Below, one piece after another: positions 42,418-56,301 of a stretch of 64,000 bases of DNA; the stretch's first letter is position 1; every line of letters starts with the position of its first letter. The translations under genes were made by a program, and so were the position numbers. The stretch covers positions 92,814,001 to 92,878,000 of the forward strand of contig OX597824.1 of the NCBI GenBank assembly GCA_951406725.2. Reading direction: 5' to 3'. This stretch comes from Octopus vulgaris (lineage: Eukaryota). Under the pieces are notes generated by a model. That model was not told the origin of the DNA and searched no databases. It worked only from the letters and a program-made list of their open reading frames with translations.

Positions 42418-43243
42418 GTAATGTTAATTCTTATGAATCTGTTGATAAGTATAAATACTTTATTTATTCATATTCGCTGAAAGTCTCCTTTAACTACAGT
42501 GAGATTGAAAGTACAGACACTGCATATTCCAGTAAGTTGTACACTCTGATACATCCAAACCTCTTTGGATACCGTGATGCACAAAATACAGAAAGAATCT
42601 GTGATAACCAGCTACAAGTGAAGCATTAGCTCAAATCCATCTTGATATCGGTAATCTTACATTATCACTCGATAACTACACCAGACAAATCTCTATATCT
42701 GAGAGGATATCAGTTGCTTTATTTATTTATTTATTTATTATTTTTCTTTTTGCATTTGCGAGAAAAAGAAAAACAGAAAGTAACACGCTAGTGGTAGTCC
42801 AATATATAAAGTTAAAATTAGGAAGACTTCGTTATTCATATTTCTTTAAGTTTTGACTACTCTGAGACTTAAAAAAATAGAAAGAACATTAACAACTGTA
42901 AAAAAAAACACAGGAACAGCCAAGGAATTTGCGTCGAAAGCACTATGCTGTCTTCAGTCGCTACATAAATACATGAATACTGGAATAAAATGGATAACAT
43001 TCTATAGAAATTATGGAAACCAGAAGCCATATTGATCTTGGTAACAGAAGCATTTTAACATAAAGTTGTGTATTTCCGTTAATACATCTTCTTTAATATT
43101 TCAACTTGAATTAAAATTCCTTTACTTTAGTTGCAGGTGTTTATTGCCAAAGTGATAAATACCATACTGTGTCTATTTTTCTCTTCCTCCCATGCTTCTA
43201 ACTTTAGCAACTCATAGACACATGTTTTATATAGAAATAGGCA

Positions 43244-43347
<104 letters not shown>

Positions 43348-43396
43348 GCATATATATATATATGTGTGTGTATGTATGTAAGTGAGCTTGTCTATT

Positions 43397-43434
<38 letters not shown>

Positions 43435-43639
43435 TTTAATATATTACGTAGATCTATACTTGCTTATATATAAATATATATTCAGGAAAGAGAGGAAGAG
43501 AAAATTTCGATTATCCTCATGCGGTAATTTGTAACGCGCAAAAAATCTATATATAAAATGAAAGACGGAATATGCCCACAATTTATATAGTTTTAATATA
43601 TTTTTTAAATATATTTTATAAGTAAAATCGTATTTTGTT

Positions 43640-43672
43640 TGTCGACCGGTTTCACTTTCGCTAATCATGACA
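43640..43672 (-). ncRNA. Degenerate minimal hammerhead relic
   Basis: Minus strand: tgtc-ATGATTA-gc gaaa gt-GAAAC-CG-GTC-gaca. The core has two substitutions relative to CUGAUGA. Confidence 0.5.
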
Positions 43673-43974
43673 TTGAAATTATTGTACTTTCGTATTTTCT
43701 GTAGAAAGTTTTAGTCCATGTTCTTGGAAGCAAGTTTGTGAATGAATGAATTAAAAAAAATCTAAAGGGAGGTAATTGGTAATCGTTATTTTTGGGGATA
43801 GGGAAAGGAACTGCTCATTTATTGTTGGGGTGGGGTTACATACACACGCACACACACAGAGTCATACAAGATCAACTGAAACTTTTCCCGATACAATGAC
43901 GCCCTTATATGGGGATGATTCTCATTACGGACTATACCCGCCCCTGCTGATCCTCTGCATTATCACACGGCTTA

Positions 43975-44150
43975 AGAAGGCAGTGAACTGGCTGAAACGG
44001 TATCAGGCCGGGCGGAATGCATTCCGTACTTTTTACTTTCTCAGCTGAAATTCCACCGAGGTCTAATCTGTCTCTCATATTTTCAGTATCAATAAAATAA
44101 TTACCAGTGTGATACTGGAATCTATGTAATCGTCTCAGCCCCTACCGTGC
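43975..44150 (+). mobile_element. SINE family B (degenerate)
   Basis: aaggcagtgaactggctgaaacggtatcaggccgggcggaatgc...aattccaccgaggtc...taccagtgtgatactgga. Confidence 0.7.
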
Positions 44151-44591
44151 CTTTCTTGTCTGCTATCAGCCGAATACGTTTCAGTCATTGTTGAATTTAC
44201 TAACAATAGCAAAACCAAAACACTACATATAATTATAAATGTCACGCCTGTGAGTCTAAGAAGCTCGCATCGCAACCACGTCTTTCCGATTCAGTTTCGC
44301 CACAAGACAAGAAGCGACTTCTACTGCAGCCCCTGGTGCAATATCACCAATGAATGAGTTTCGTATACAACACTACCTAGAAGCTAGTCGTGTGTGTATA
44401 TGTGTGTATGTATATGTACATATATAAATATATATGTATATATATGTAGGGAGAGAGGAAGGAGGGACAGAGATGGATAGATAAATATATCGATAAAAAG
44501 ATATGTATATATTTGTATGTATTTATATATACATATATATGTAAATATGTACATATAAATGAGTAAATATTCAAATGAATATTTATGTAGA

Positions 44592-44671
<80 letters not shown>

Positions 44672-46109
44672 GCATGAAATAAATAGATAATAACAGTAAT
44701 ATTAGTGGTCAGGAAGCAACAATACTGTTAAATGGCTATTCAATGAATTTTATAATTGTAATTGAGAGTACACGAATTACCATCTTGCTAGAAATAGCAG
44801 TCAACGTCCACAAATAAGCCATGTCAATGAAAACGTAAAAGACCAGCTACGAATTTAGTAAGCCCTGCTGAGGAGAATTCAGGGAAAAACTCAGAATTCG
44901 AAATCAAGATACAGGTATATATATCACCTCATTCTGTGACTTTCAGCTGAGATGGTAAGTTAATTTCTTTGTCCGTTGGCCCGACTTTTGTTGGTCTGCT
45001 ATATTTTCAGTGAGATGATGACTAATTGGTCCAATTAACAGTTTATAGATTTAACAATGTGGGTTTGGAAACACTCATTGAACGTACGGCGTAGAAAAGG
45101 CTGTAGTTCCGTTGACTCTGGTCCTGCTCGTCAACGAACAGCCTGTAATGAAACAAAAATCATCAAAGACTATGAATTCAACGCTGACAACCTCATACAG
45201 CACACATATATATCTAATTAACGGTTCCTGTGTAAAGCTAACGAGTATTTCGTCAATTTGGAATGCATGGATCGAATCCAAAGCAAGAGTGTATTGGGGA
45301 GTTACGAATAGAGAAGAATATAGAACGGAGATAGAGACTGAGTGAATTTGTATTCCACAGGATGAAGTACCCAAAGTATTTTAAATGAATTTAAGCTCCA
45401 TTCACCCTTTCCGTAGAGGGCTGTGTTAAGACAAATAGAGAAAAAAAAGTTGATTCATTCGAACAACACTCGATCTTAGCTATTTCTTCTCCGACGTGCC
45501 AAGAATAGATAAAGCTAGTATGAGAATTAGAGTAATAAACGCCATTTCGTTTTTCCATTACATTATACATGTTGGAAATAAGTGAGTTTGAAATAGAAAA
45601 GCAATCATCTTGGTTGACGGCATCACTGTTTGTCCGTATGTATGTCACCTTGTCTGCCTGGTTGCCTGTCTGCCTTCGTGTCTTCCTGCCTCACAGGCAA
45701 GCTGATTGTTTAGCTGTATGGCATGAGATGTGGATGTGTGAAGGATGACCTCCTACAAACGGTCTGTGCAGTTGCTAATTTCATTACATTCCAAACTGGA
45801 ATTAGATAATTCTTATTTAAACTCAGCAAGCAAACTCTGCTCCCCAACATCGTTTGCTCAATATATCATATCATTTCTATTTCTAACCTTATTTTGCTAT
45901 TTTTTCAGGACCCAGTTGTTGTTGTTGTTGTTGCTATTCTAATGTATAAATCATCGTTTGTTATATCATTTAGGCAATAATTTGAAATATAATCGCCTTG
46001 CAATTCCTCTCATTAACACTATCACTAATGACGTTGTCATCAACATCAGCTACAGCGCTATCACCGATACCACCGTTGTAATAATAATAATAATATTAAT
46101 AATAATAAT

Positions 46110-46265
46110 AACGTGCAGTCTTGCGCCTACAGAAGATCTCAACGGGCGTGATAGATCAGCACAATATATTCACTCGGTAATTTACAAAACCTGGACTTGC
46201 CGCATGATAATATCTTGTGGGAACACAAACCACCTCCAGTGCTTGAAAATAATCACATCTCATTC
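46110..46265 (+). mobile_element. R4/Dong-clade LINE fragment (CCHC knuckle region) next to (AAT)n
   Basis: CSLAPTEDLNGRDRSAQYIHSVIYK / LDLPHDNILWEHKPPPVLENNHI matches CxxLAxxEYxxRHDxVAxxIH...WxEHxPxxVLEN. Confidence 0.75.
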
Positions 46266-46363
46266 GGGTAGTCATGATGGGTATACTGGGCTTCGTATAT
46301 TTGTATCCCAGTGTCACTTTAGTGGCATGCACTACTCTCTCACTTAATAATACTAACACTAAC

Positions 46364-46411
<48 letters not shown>

Positions 46412-46487
46412 CGTAATAATAATAATAATAATAATAAAACAGTAATAACAACAATGATGATGATGTTGATGATGATGATGATGATGA

Positions 46488-46685
46488 TTTCAAATTTTGA
46501 CAGAAGGCCACCAAGTTCGGTGGAATGGGTGAATCGATTACATCGATCTCAGTGTTCAAACTGTACTTTACTTTATCGACCCTAAATTGATGACAGAAAG
46601 TAAACCTCGGCGGAATTTCCACCTAAAATGTGAAGACGGACGGAATGTCGCAAGTATTTTGCCCTAAATGCCCGCTCGTCGCCTT
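46488..46685 (-). mobile_element. SINE family B
   Basis: atcgattacatcgatctcagtg...tttatcgaccctaaa...aacctcggcggaattt...gctcgtcgcctt. Confidence 0.8.
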
Positions 46686-47289
46686 CATAATAACAACAAC
46701 AACAATAACAACAACAACAACAACGAGAACAACAATAATCATTTTCACCACCATCCTCCCTGTAAACATTATTCTAATTAACCCGACAATTATAATCTCC
46801 AACACTGCGAAACTTTATGGCGAGCAGCCTCATCATACACCTCGCTATAACCACCGACGTGTTAATCAGCATCATATTAATCGTTATCGTCATAATCCTC
46901 CCCAACACGAACAATCATAATAGTGGTTATCATCATAATCAGTCTGGCAGTCATCAGCATCGCCACCACTACCTCTACCACCAGCGAAGCCGCCGCCACT
47001 ATTCCATCACGTTGCCTGTAATCGTTACCGTTGCTTTCATCATGTAATGCCAATATCATAAGCATAGCCTTCACGTCGGCTGCAAGGTTTTAGCTCTTTT
47101 CTATTATTTACATTACAATATCTTGTTAATTACTTCTTAAATGTATTAATTGACTTAGCAAAGCGAATCAGAGAATATACTAATTGTATTATAAACTGTC
47201 GTAATAATACTCTAGTCATTCAGGTCTGATTGAATTAGTATACTTCTCCAAGGGCTATTTTACTGAAGTACTAACTCAGCGTGTATGTA

Positions 47290-47360
<71 letters not shown>

Positions 47361-47424
47361 TCACTGGTAAAACGAAATATATATTTGCATTGAGAACCAC
47401 TTCACATCGCGAAGTGGTCGTTGT

Positions 47425-47469
47425 CACACGCTGATGAAGGTTTAATACTCAGAAACCTGGGTCCGTGTG
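47425..47469 (+). ncRNA. Minimal type I hammerhead ribozyme, intact core
   Basis: cacacg-CTGATGA-aggtttaatactca-GAAAC-CTGG-GTC-cgtgtg. Stem I is a perfect 6 bp, the cleavage triplet is GUC, and stem II is weak. It lies in a ~320-bp island between (TA)n tracts. Confidence 0.75.
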
Positions 47470-47692
47470 TATCACGTTAGGCTGGAGATGGGAAGGATGA
47501 TTTTCCTTTGCAAATACTGATAGGGCACAGAAAGTGTGCCAATAGCCAGCTTGAGGAGGTGTCCTCCCGAGGATACAAGCTACAGTAGTATCACCCCTCA
47601 AGGATTAGCCACATTTAAATGGCAAATATACTTCACGGTGTCGTGCAGCTACAGTTTATACCTCGGTCAGAAATTTATCAAATATATATATA

Positions 47693-47837
<145 letters not shown>

Positions 47838-48156
47838 CTCCGTTCAGGTCTAACGACCCTCCATCTTTGTTTTCGTTCGGTTTCCTTTATGTTTCCACTG
47901 TCCTCTTTTTGTTCCCAATTTTGACCCTACATAAATACGAAATTTTATTTTCGTATTTATGAGAGAATCTCTGATAGAAGACTCATATTGTCGTTGCTTG
48001 ATCGAAATGAGAAGTAGATAGACAACCGACAACTGATGAAGGGTCGGTCTTTGTATTTTTATATTACTTGTCTTGTTTTCTATTTTTTATCTAGTTCTTT
48101 GCGTATTTAAATTATAAGTTTTCGTATTTCATATTGTTTGCTGTTGGCATATATAA

Positions 48157-48224
<68 letters not shown>

Positions 48225-48309
48225 TATATACAAACATATATATCTTATATATATTATATATACATATACATATATACACATTTATCTCTCTTTCTCTCTC
48301 TCTCTCTCT

Positions 48310-48345
<36 letters not shown>

Positions 48346-49273
48346 GTTTACATGGTTACCGTTAACAAATATAGTTTTAGCCTCGCTCTGCAAAACATTC
48401 CTTGGGAAATTTGTACTCGAAGCACTTAGCAGTATAAATAGCTGCCGGTAAATGTATAGGTATCCTTAATGTGAGCTGAGTCGTGGTTAAAGATCAGCAT
48501 GATAAAATAATGAAATATTCATACAAACATCCCATATTTTGTTTATTTTTTATATATATATATATTATTATTATTGCCATCATTTGTCGTCTGCTCTGCC
48601 TAGCGATCGGAACAAACTTTTCTTTCAAACTAATTTGTCTCTTCTATTCCTGTCACATTTCCAGTGTCTCATACCCAAGACACTGAATAATTCATTTCAA
48701 AGAAATTTAGTTGCTAATGGTTCCCCACCATCATATCCGTGTCTTTTCAGACCAGCTAGAACGTAAATATATTTCACCTCTTTCTCCGATATCAGAGATA
48801 CCCTACTCGAACTAAAAATATATCATGGCGTTTACTCATCCTCTATGAGTTATATGAATATAATCACAACAGTTTTACACTATTTGCATACAATAAAGCC
48901 AGGAACTATTTTCCTCTGTAGGCCGATATTTTGAAATTCCGTTTAAATTTATTGCAGTTCTTTAGAATTATTTTTCTTTTATTGCTAAATCTGGAGAAAG
49001 GGCCAAAATCCCTGATCTTGTAGATATTTCGAGACGGGTGTCATTAAGTTTCCGCTTTAATTGCTGCAGTCTAACACCTGCTAGAAAATGATGAGGAAGG
49101 AGAAAATTTCAGGCGACTAGCGTTCTCATGGTGACAGTTTGGTCACAGTGGTCAGTACGGACAAAGCGTATTTGAACGCGATTAAACTTGGAGCGAGGAA
49201 TAAGAAGGATGTTTGGTACACGTACGAGAGGATGGGGCTCCGATAAGCAGAAATCAATACAGCAGTGACAAGT

Positions 49274-49645
49274 GGAGCCGCAATGGCCCAGTGGTTAGGG
49301 CAGCGTACTCGCGGTCGGAGGATCGCGGTTTCGATTCCCAGACCGGGTGTTGTGTGTGTTTATTGTGCGAAAACAGCTAAAGCTCCACGAGTCTCCGGCA
49401 GGGGAATAGTGGCAACCCCTGTTGTACTCCTTCTCCCCAACTTTCTCTCACTCTTTCTTCCTGTTTCTTGTCCCCGACTTCCTACGCAACCGCTGAGCCT
49501 GGATGCGCATTCATCCATCCGTCGATGCTCTCGGTGTCGGGGGTTGACCAGCTTTGTCTCCTGCGAGTCTTACGAATAGCAAAGGACCTCGTTTCGGACT
49601 TCTCTCAACGGACGAAGACCGCTTCACTCATCAAACAAAACAAAC
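49274..49645 (+). mobile_element. Well-preserved tRNA-derived SINE (family D) with possible TSD
   Basis: A box TGGCCCAGTGG, B box GGTTTCGATTCCC and a (CAAA)n tail. acagcagtg is repeated at 49259-49267 and 49644-49652. Confidence 0.85.
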
Positions 49646-50394
49646 AGCAGTGGCCAAAAGAAAAAAAAAACAGAAAAGATTGCAGTCCTATGAACTAGAA
49701 GCTGAATACGTTAATACTTGAGGTGCCAATCAGTCCCGAGTTCCTTCAATGGATTCCACTCAGAATGTCCGTCTGCATAAACCAGCAGTGCCCCAGATAT
49801 CAGAGCAGGTGTCCCTTATGGTCCTGAGTGGAGCATAAAGTTCTGTACTACTTTATTCCCTATATCCGTAGAAAGTCGAATAAAGCATTCAAGATCTAGG
49901 TCAAGCCTCATCGCAAATCTATAATAAGTAACTTTGATGAGATTTAATTATATATTCTGTACCAAACTTATATTCAAATTATTATTTTTTCCTGAAATAG
50001 CTCTTCTAAATTTCATACGAGACAGCGAGGTTTCGATTTTTCGAATACTTTATGTTTCACACAGAAAATGTTTGATCGCAAAGACTGAGAAGATTTCGGA
50101 GTAAGATTATTCGTTTTTATGAATCGCATCTTAATTTCCTCAGCCTCATAAAATTTCATTTGATTTTCCTTTGATTAACAACATCTCAATTTTATTTGAT
50201 GCTTTCTGAACTGTAACCCAAATTGATTGTTAGGTGCAACCGGTTAACATCCAAAGAAGCGTTCACGTATATTTTCAAGTAAAGCTGCTCTGCTCCAGTG
50301 TTTGGTTATTATTCTTCGCCATCGTTATAATGTTCCCCCCATTTAGAAGAGATTTCAATAACAGAATTTCTAAAACATATCTTTCCAATGTCAG

Positions 50395-50670
50395 CACAAG
50401 GCTAGCAATGTTAAGGTGAGGAGGACGTCGATTTATTTTATTCACCTCCGAAACGATGAAAGACAAATTCAACCTCGGTTGAATTTGAACTCAGAACGCC
50501 GTGGAAGATGCTCGTCTTCACGTTCTTCGTTCAAAACTCACCGAGGATCAGGCTGTTAGTCATCCTTTTGGAATCAATGAAATAAGTACCAGTTAAGTAC
50601 TGGGGTCGATGTAATCGACGTACCCAATTCCCCGTACTTGCTGGCCTCGTTGCAAAATGTGAAACCGATA
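50395..50670. mobile_element. Two SINE family B fragments in opposite orientation
   Basis: aatttgaactcagaacg (-), then aataagtaccagttaagtactggggtcgatgtaatcgac (+). Confidence 0.75.
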
Positions 50671-51714
50671 TTGATTCTACCATCTCAAAATATGCGACGA
50701 TACAGCGTTAAGCTTAAATTTCGTTACCACAAACACTCTTGGCCTTATCACTGCTGTATTTTCTTGATCCTACTCCTGATCGCGCTAACAATATTTTTAA
50801 CACTTCTGTGCAACAAAATTCCATTACTATTTCTTGTCTTCTGACACACAATTTCTAATAGTTACCGATTGCTTTGTTTCAAATGACTCGCTCTCCTCTA
50901 TCGATTGGAATTTAATTCATTCTGTAGAAAATGTGCAGCATAACTGGCGTAAGTTCAAAATAATTTATTTGATATGCTCAGACGTTATTCTCGGTCAATA
51001 CCTATAGGGAAACTGTCCAGTAATCACTTGCCTCCTAATAATTCTTTTGCTACGCTAAAAGCTGACATGGTAAGAACTTGGAAATAATATATATTTGACA
51101 AATTGGATAGTTCCTATTTTTGCCGTCGCCAGAAGTAGAAAACAACTGCCTGATTATATTAGACCTAATAAATCTATTCACTTTTCGTTGCTAGTAAACG
51201 CGTCCACGAGATGAAATAAACTCGGAAAATTGACACAAATTTGCCAAAATCCTGGTAAGAAAGTTTATGAGAACATTCTACTGTTCGTTAATAATATCAG
51301 CGCCACAAATCCATGTATTGACGCTAGACTAATGGATGATACATGAATGCATTCCAGCAGCGACCATGCATAATTTTTGTGGTACCTAGATCTTCACCAT
51401 TCGCTTTATTTTCGCTATTCTCTAGATCTTCACTGTTCACAGTTTTTTCGCTGTTGCATGCAACAGTTAAACCAGGCAGTTGATACCGTGGTGCTTCTAT
51501 TTACTCACACACACATACACACATATATAGATGAAATTTACAGAAAAACGAATGACGAAGATGGGTGTGTGAACAACAAGCAGTTGTATTAGGATTTTTT
51601 TAAATATTTACACCGAAGTGTTATGGAGATCCAATGGGGTAGAATAGGAATCCAAAAATGTCTGGGACCACTTTTCTAAACTATTATTGTTGGCAATGTG
51701 ATTATAATTCGAAG

Positions 51715-51925
51715 GGTGGCAAGGTTAGAAGAACTGTTAGCACACCGGGCAAAACAACGGTATTGCACCCGTCTTTATTTTCTGAGTTCAAACTTCGCCG
51801 AGGTCGACTTTGCTTTCATCATTTCTGGTTCGATTAATTAAGTACCAGTTGCGTACTGGGGTTTGATACAATCAACTTACCCCTCCCTCCCCGAACTTTC
51901 TGGTCTTTTGACAAAACTCCAAATT
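51715..51925 (+). mobile_element. SINE family B
   Basis: ttctgagttcaaacttcgccgaggtcgactttgctttcatc...agtaccagttgcgtactgggg. Confidence 0.85.
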
Positions 51926-52294
51926 AATATTATTATAAGTCTATTCCATTGAGATCAAATTTTACTTTCGTTATTCTCGCTTTGAGGAATAGCGGTGATT
52001 AAACCGACTGTACACAGACTTCAAATATTTAAGCCAAATATACCGATACTTCAAATGTGAACTCTTACGGGTTTCTTAGAAATCGATATTGCTAATGAAT
52101 CTATAATTTTCTTCTACCGTTTTACATTGTTGTCATTTTTGTTGTTTCGCACCAAATCAACTCAGTTTCACCAAATATCCAAAGTGCATAATCAAACTTT
52201 ATTATCCAATGAAGCATACTTCAGGAGAGTTAGGCGTGTTTTGCGATAAGACTTCTGCTGTTATTTCTCTAAGATGAAACGACATTATTGGAGT

Positions 52295-53221
52295 TACCGT
52301 ATTTCCCGGCGTTGAAGGCGCTTCGTCCTCGAGGAAGCACCCTAATTTTGGAAACCAAAAATTTGAAAAAAAATATATAATAATAAACATAAAATAAGGT
52401 CCCAGTATTTCTGGTCTTGTTAACTTCACATATGCAATGAAACAAAAACATGTAATCTCCAGCATACCACTTAAAATGTTCCTAGCATTATGTTGGTTGT
52501 TCATCGAACAGTTATTTGTGCTATCCCTTATGTTGACTAACCGTGACTGTCTCCCATTTTGATCCCTCACTTGCGGCTGAATAATTAACAAAAGGCAGCA
52601 CTCAACTTCCTTAACAATTTGTTTTGTGGGACTGTCAGTTGAGAAACATGGTATGGTAAGTTTACTCCGAAAGTTTATGCCTACCGTTATGTACCCACTG
52701 TAATACTGAAACTACACTACGACAGGGATGGATTCAAAGGGGGGATAGTGGGGGATGCACCCTCGACCAAGTAAGAAACTTTTCAAATTTGACTGTTTTG
52801 TTTAAATATATATAAGGGGAAGAATATTTTTTACCAACACCAAACAGCCCTTGAAGGATTCAGTATAAAAATTAATTATTTCAGTATCTTTGAACATATT
52901 ACACTGTCATTTCATTGATATTTGCAATAAACCAGACCTCAGACACAATCCCCACCGGGAATTTCTCGATCCACTCCTGCACTACGATAGTCCAGTTCGA
53001 CTATTTCCTGTTCGGCCCAAAAGTGATTTTTATTTTCATGTGTTTCGTCAGGAAGATTCTTGGGCAATAGTGTCTCAGTTCATGCAAGCGGACGGGACTA
53101 CAGCTGGTGCAGTATGTTAAGATTTTGGTCATATTGGATGTAGACTTATAGAGTATTTTTTTGTCTCAGACTAAGGAAAGACTAAACTCCACACTAGGAA
53201 AAGTATTGTGACAAATACGGA
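52295..53221. mobile_element. Putative non-autonomous pogo/Tigger-type DNA transposon
   Basis: Left end taccgtatttcccggcg...gcaccctaattt and right end tagacttata...aaatacgga give a CCGTATTT-type TIR pair. A pogo transposase relic lies about 400 bp away. Confidence 0.5.
52723..52979. mobile_element. hAT-type MITE (257 bp) with 8-bp TSD
   Basis: TIRs cagggatggat / atccactcctg. Perfect TSD cactacga at 52715-52722 and 52980-52987. Confidence 0.85.
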
Positions 53222-53289
53222 ATAACATTTTTTTGCACAGTTACACTTTGTAAAAACCCCGCATGAAAATGGCATAGAACAAAATAAAA

Positions 53290-53600
53290 TTAAAGATTTC
53301 AGTAAAATCTACGCAATAAAAAAACATTTCAATCATAAAATCCTGATAATATTTTCCTTTTTCTTATCATTTATAGAAGTATCACACAAACATGACATCC
53401 CAAATAGAAGAAAATAAAAACAGAATTGAGATTAAAATCTGCGCAGTTGAAAAATTGCAAATAAGAAAATATATTTTAATCTTTAAATCCTGAAAATATT
53501 TCACGTTATTGCCATTTGTAAAAAATTTCCACACGTATTTGGCAAAACAAACATTGCAATTAAATTACAATGGAAAAAAGATTAAAATGTGTGCAAATAT
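53290..53600. repeat. Degenerate ~140-bp-period tandem repeat (about 2.5 units)
   Basis: A taaaatct.cgca-like motif at about 53303, 53433 and 53583, and aaatcctga.aatattt twice. Confidence 0.55.
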
Positions 53601-53689
53601 TAAACGTACGAGTTATTTCACTCTTCAAGTCCCAAAATCTTACTGCAGTCATCCATAGCCCCAAAACCAGAGAATTCATCATGGTCGTC

Positions 53690-54290
53690 AATATTGTCCG
53701 ACGTGTTAACATCTCCCAAGAGAATATCATCTGTGCCATCTAATGCGTTACTAACGTCACATGTTCTAAAAGATATTACTACTAGTTCAATTTTCACAGT
53801 CTTCCATGATTTCAGGACTCACTCGCAAACCTGAGATATTATTAGCCTTTTCAAACGACCTGTTGGCATTAGGTCATGGTCCTTGGCTCGCATCCACTCA
53901 TTCCACTCTTCTTTCATAAATGCCTTAAAAGGCTCGTTGACTGATATGCCCAGTGGTTGCAACTGGCTTGTTAAACCACCAAGAATAACTGCCATTTTCA
54001 TTTTCAGTTCCTGCACCCTTTCTTTAAGAGCCTTAGTTTTGAGGGCACGAAGCTGGTTCCACACAAAAAGGGATAATTTTAAAGAGGCCACGGGAAGGGC
54101 CTGGCCAGGCCTTAGCTAACTATAACTTCACTCACACTTCATCCGTCCACCTCTTGGAATTTTGTCTTTTGGTAAAGTTTTCCTCTTGAAAATAAGCAGC
54201 GGTGGCAGTTTTGTTCCATCAGCACAACACGATAGTACCGCAATATAATGGGTTTTCTCATTCCAAAGGTTTTGGACACTTTCACATCCA
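53690..54290 (-). pseudogene. pogo-family (POGK-like) DDE_1 transposase relic
   Basis: EKTHYIAVLSCCADGTKLPPLLIFKRKTLPKDKIPRG; AVILGGLTSQLQPLGISVNEPFKAFMKEEWNEWM...PTGRLKR; downstream SFRTCDVSNALDGTDD. Internal deletion and stops. Confidence 0.9.
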
Positions 54291-54622
54291 CTAATTAAAT
54301 GAAATATTGGAATAATGGAGCAAGAATCATTGTGTATTTGGAATGGTTGTTTCAATAATAATCGATACAATTCTCAAGGTGTTAAGAACTGAGTTTTCTA
54401 GGACTTTTTTCTGGGTAACTAAATCACAATTAGAAATATTGAATTTCTAAATGTCTCAGAGAGACATGAGCGGTGGTGCAGCGATATAGTGGTTGTATAC
54501 GGTCAACGTAACATGAAAGTCCCGTAAATATTTCTAATTTCAGTGATCAGTGAATAGATTTCACTGAAAATATATATATTCGCGAAACCTTGGCAAGCAT
54601 CTCAGCTAGCAGGACTGGCTAC

Positions 54623-54668
54623 CCTAGACTGATGACGAGCAAGACTCAGAAACATGCATGTCTCTAGG
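54623..54668 (+). ncRNA. Type I hammerhead ribozyme, intact core
   Basis: cctaga-CTGATGA-c gag caaga ctc a-GAAAC-ATGCAT-GTC-tctagg. Stem III acatgcatgt is palindromic. Stem I is extended by cagctag/ctagctg and caagcat/gtgcttg. Confidence 0.85.
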
Positions 54669-56186
54669 TGCAGGCCCTAGCTGGGCTGTTGTGGGTGCTT
54701 GTCTCCCCTTCACAAATATAAGGACACAGGGAAGTGTCAAAGCCAACAGGAAGCGTCGATGCTTCCTAGGGCTAAATAGCGGTGGTGTGATTCTCTTCAT
54801 GAGACTGTCACGTTAAGTTGACAGTATACAACAACTCTAAATCACAATTGTTCTGAATGTTTTAGGTCAGTAGATTGGTAGAATTGTTAGAAACTCCGGC
54901 AAAATATCATGTAATGTATTTTTACGATGCTTTATATACTCCGTTCAAATCTTTCCGAAATTAAATCTGTCTTCATTCCTGTGAAGTATTGTATGGTACT
55001 TTGTTATGTATATTATGTGAAATATGCTTGGAATATTTCGTCTTTCGTAATTATCATGGAGAAGAACGTCAAGTAAGAAAACATATGCGAGTAAGAAAAC
55101 ACAATTAACGTGGTTTAATAGGTAACTAAAACACCCCGAGGGAGTTTTGTATTTTAATCAAGGTCTGTAACTGGATATGAAATAACAATTTTCCCTGAGA
55201 TTCTGATAGTTAACAATTTGACAACATTAGTTATCTGATATTGCTCGAATAGTTTAAAGATTGGATAAGGTTTATGAATGTGTGATGGCAATAAGTCCCT
55301 TTGATATTGGAAGCTTTTATGCACCAAAATAAATTTCACGATATAATATAATAACATTTACACAACACTGCTAGGAAATTCTCTTAACCAGGTAGTTAAA
55401 TGTTGAACAATAGAAACAAGGTAGTTTCATTTGGAACGTAGAAAATATGGTTATATAAAATCCTTACATGTGAAAATGAATGTTTACCAATGTGGAAAAT
55501 GATGAGCAGTATAATATTTTTTGGGGTTTTTGGATATGGATTACTCTATGGTTTTTAAATATATTTAAAGATCCGTGAACTTTAAATTTGCAAGAAATAA
55601 TTCTGCCTTTGTTCTCTAAATTTATGATTCAACCACCTTTTTCTGCACACCAAAAAATGCATAAATGCGAACGTCCTTTGAAAATATTTCGGTATGTAAT
55701 TTATCATTTATTTCATCATCCACACTCATTTAACATCACATAATTTGATTCATCCTCGCGGAATTTAATGAAATTTCTTTCAATTTTCGTTCAATTCCAC
55801 AAGAAAAGCTACAAAACTACAAAACAAGTTGCTACTTTCGCTGAAAGTGAAAATATTCCCTGCCAGGCTTACATTAAAATGGAGTATTTTATTATATTTT
55901 TTGTAGCTTCTCGTTTGTTACTGCATGCTCTCCGTCCTCAAAAGTGTAGGCAACTCTGAGTAACTTGAGTATACGCATAACTAATTGTTGTTTTAGTAAT
56001 CCCATCGCTGCTTGAATAGCAAGTTCGATTCACAATTATGACATGACAGCTCGGGTGTCATTTTCTATGTCCAATCTTCAATTTTCTGTTAATTTTCTTA
56101 CTTGTTTTGTCTTGCTTACTTATAGATCATTTACAACTCAACTCATTCTCAGAACATTTTGAGAATTCAATTTCTCTCATTTTCCA

Positions 56187-56249
<63 letters not shown>

Positions 56250-56301
56250 GTGTTTGTGTGTATGTGTATGTGTATGTACATATATATATATATATATATA
56301 C

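Noticed and set aside
49274-49350. tRNA-like sequence with A and B boxes
   Set aside because: There is no proper acceptor stem, and it continues into a SINE body and tail, so it is a SINE head rather than a tRNA gene.
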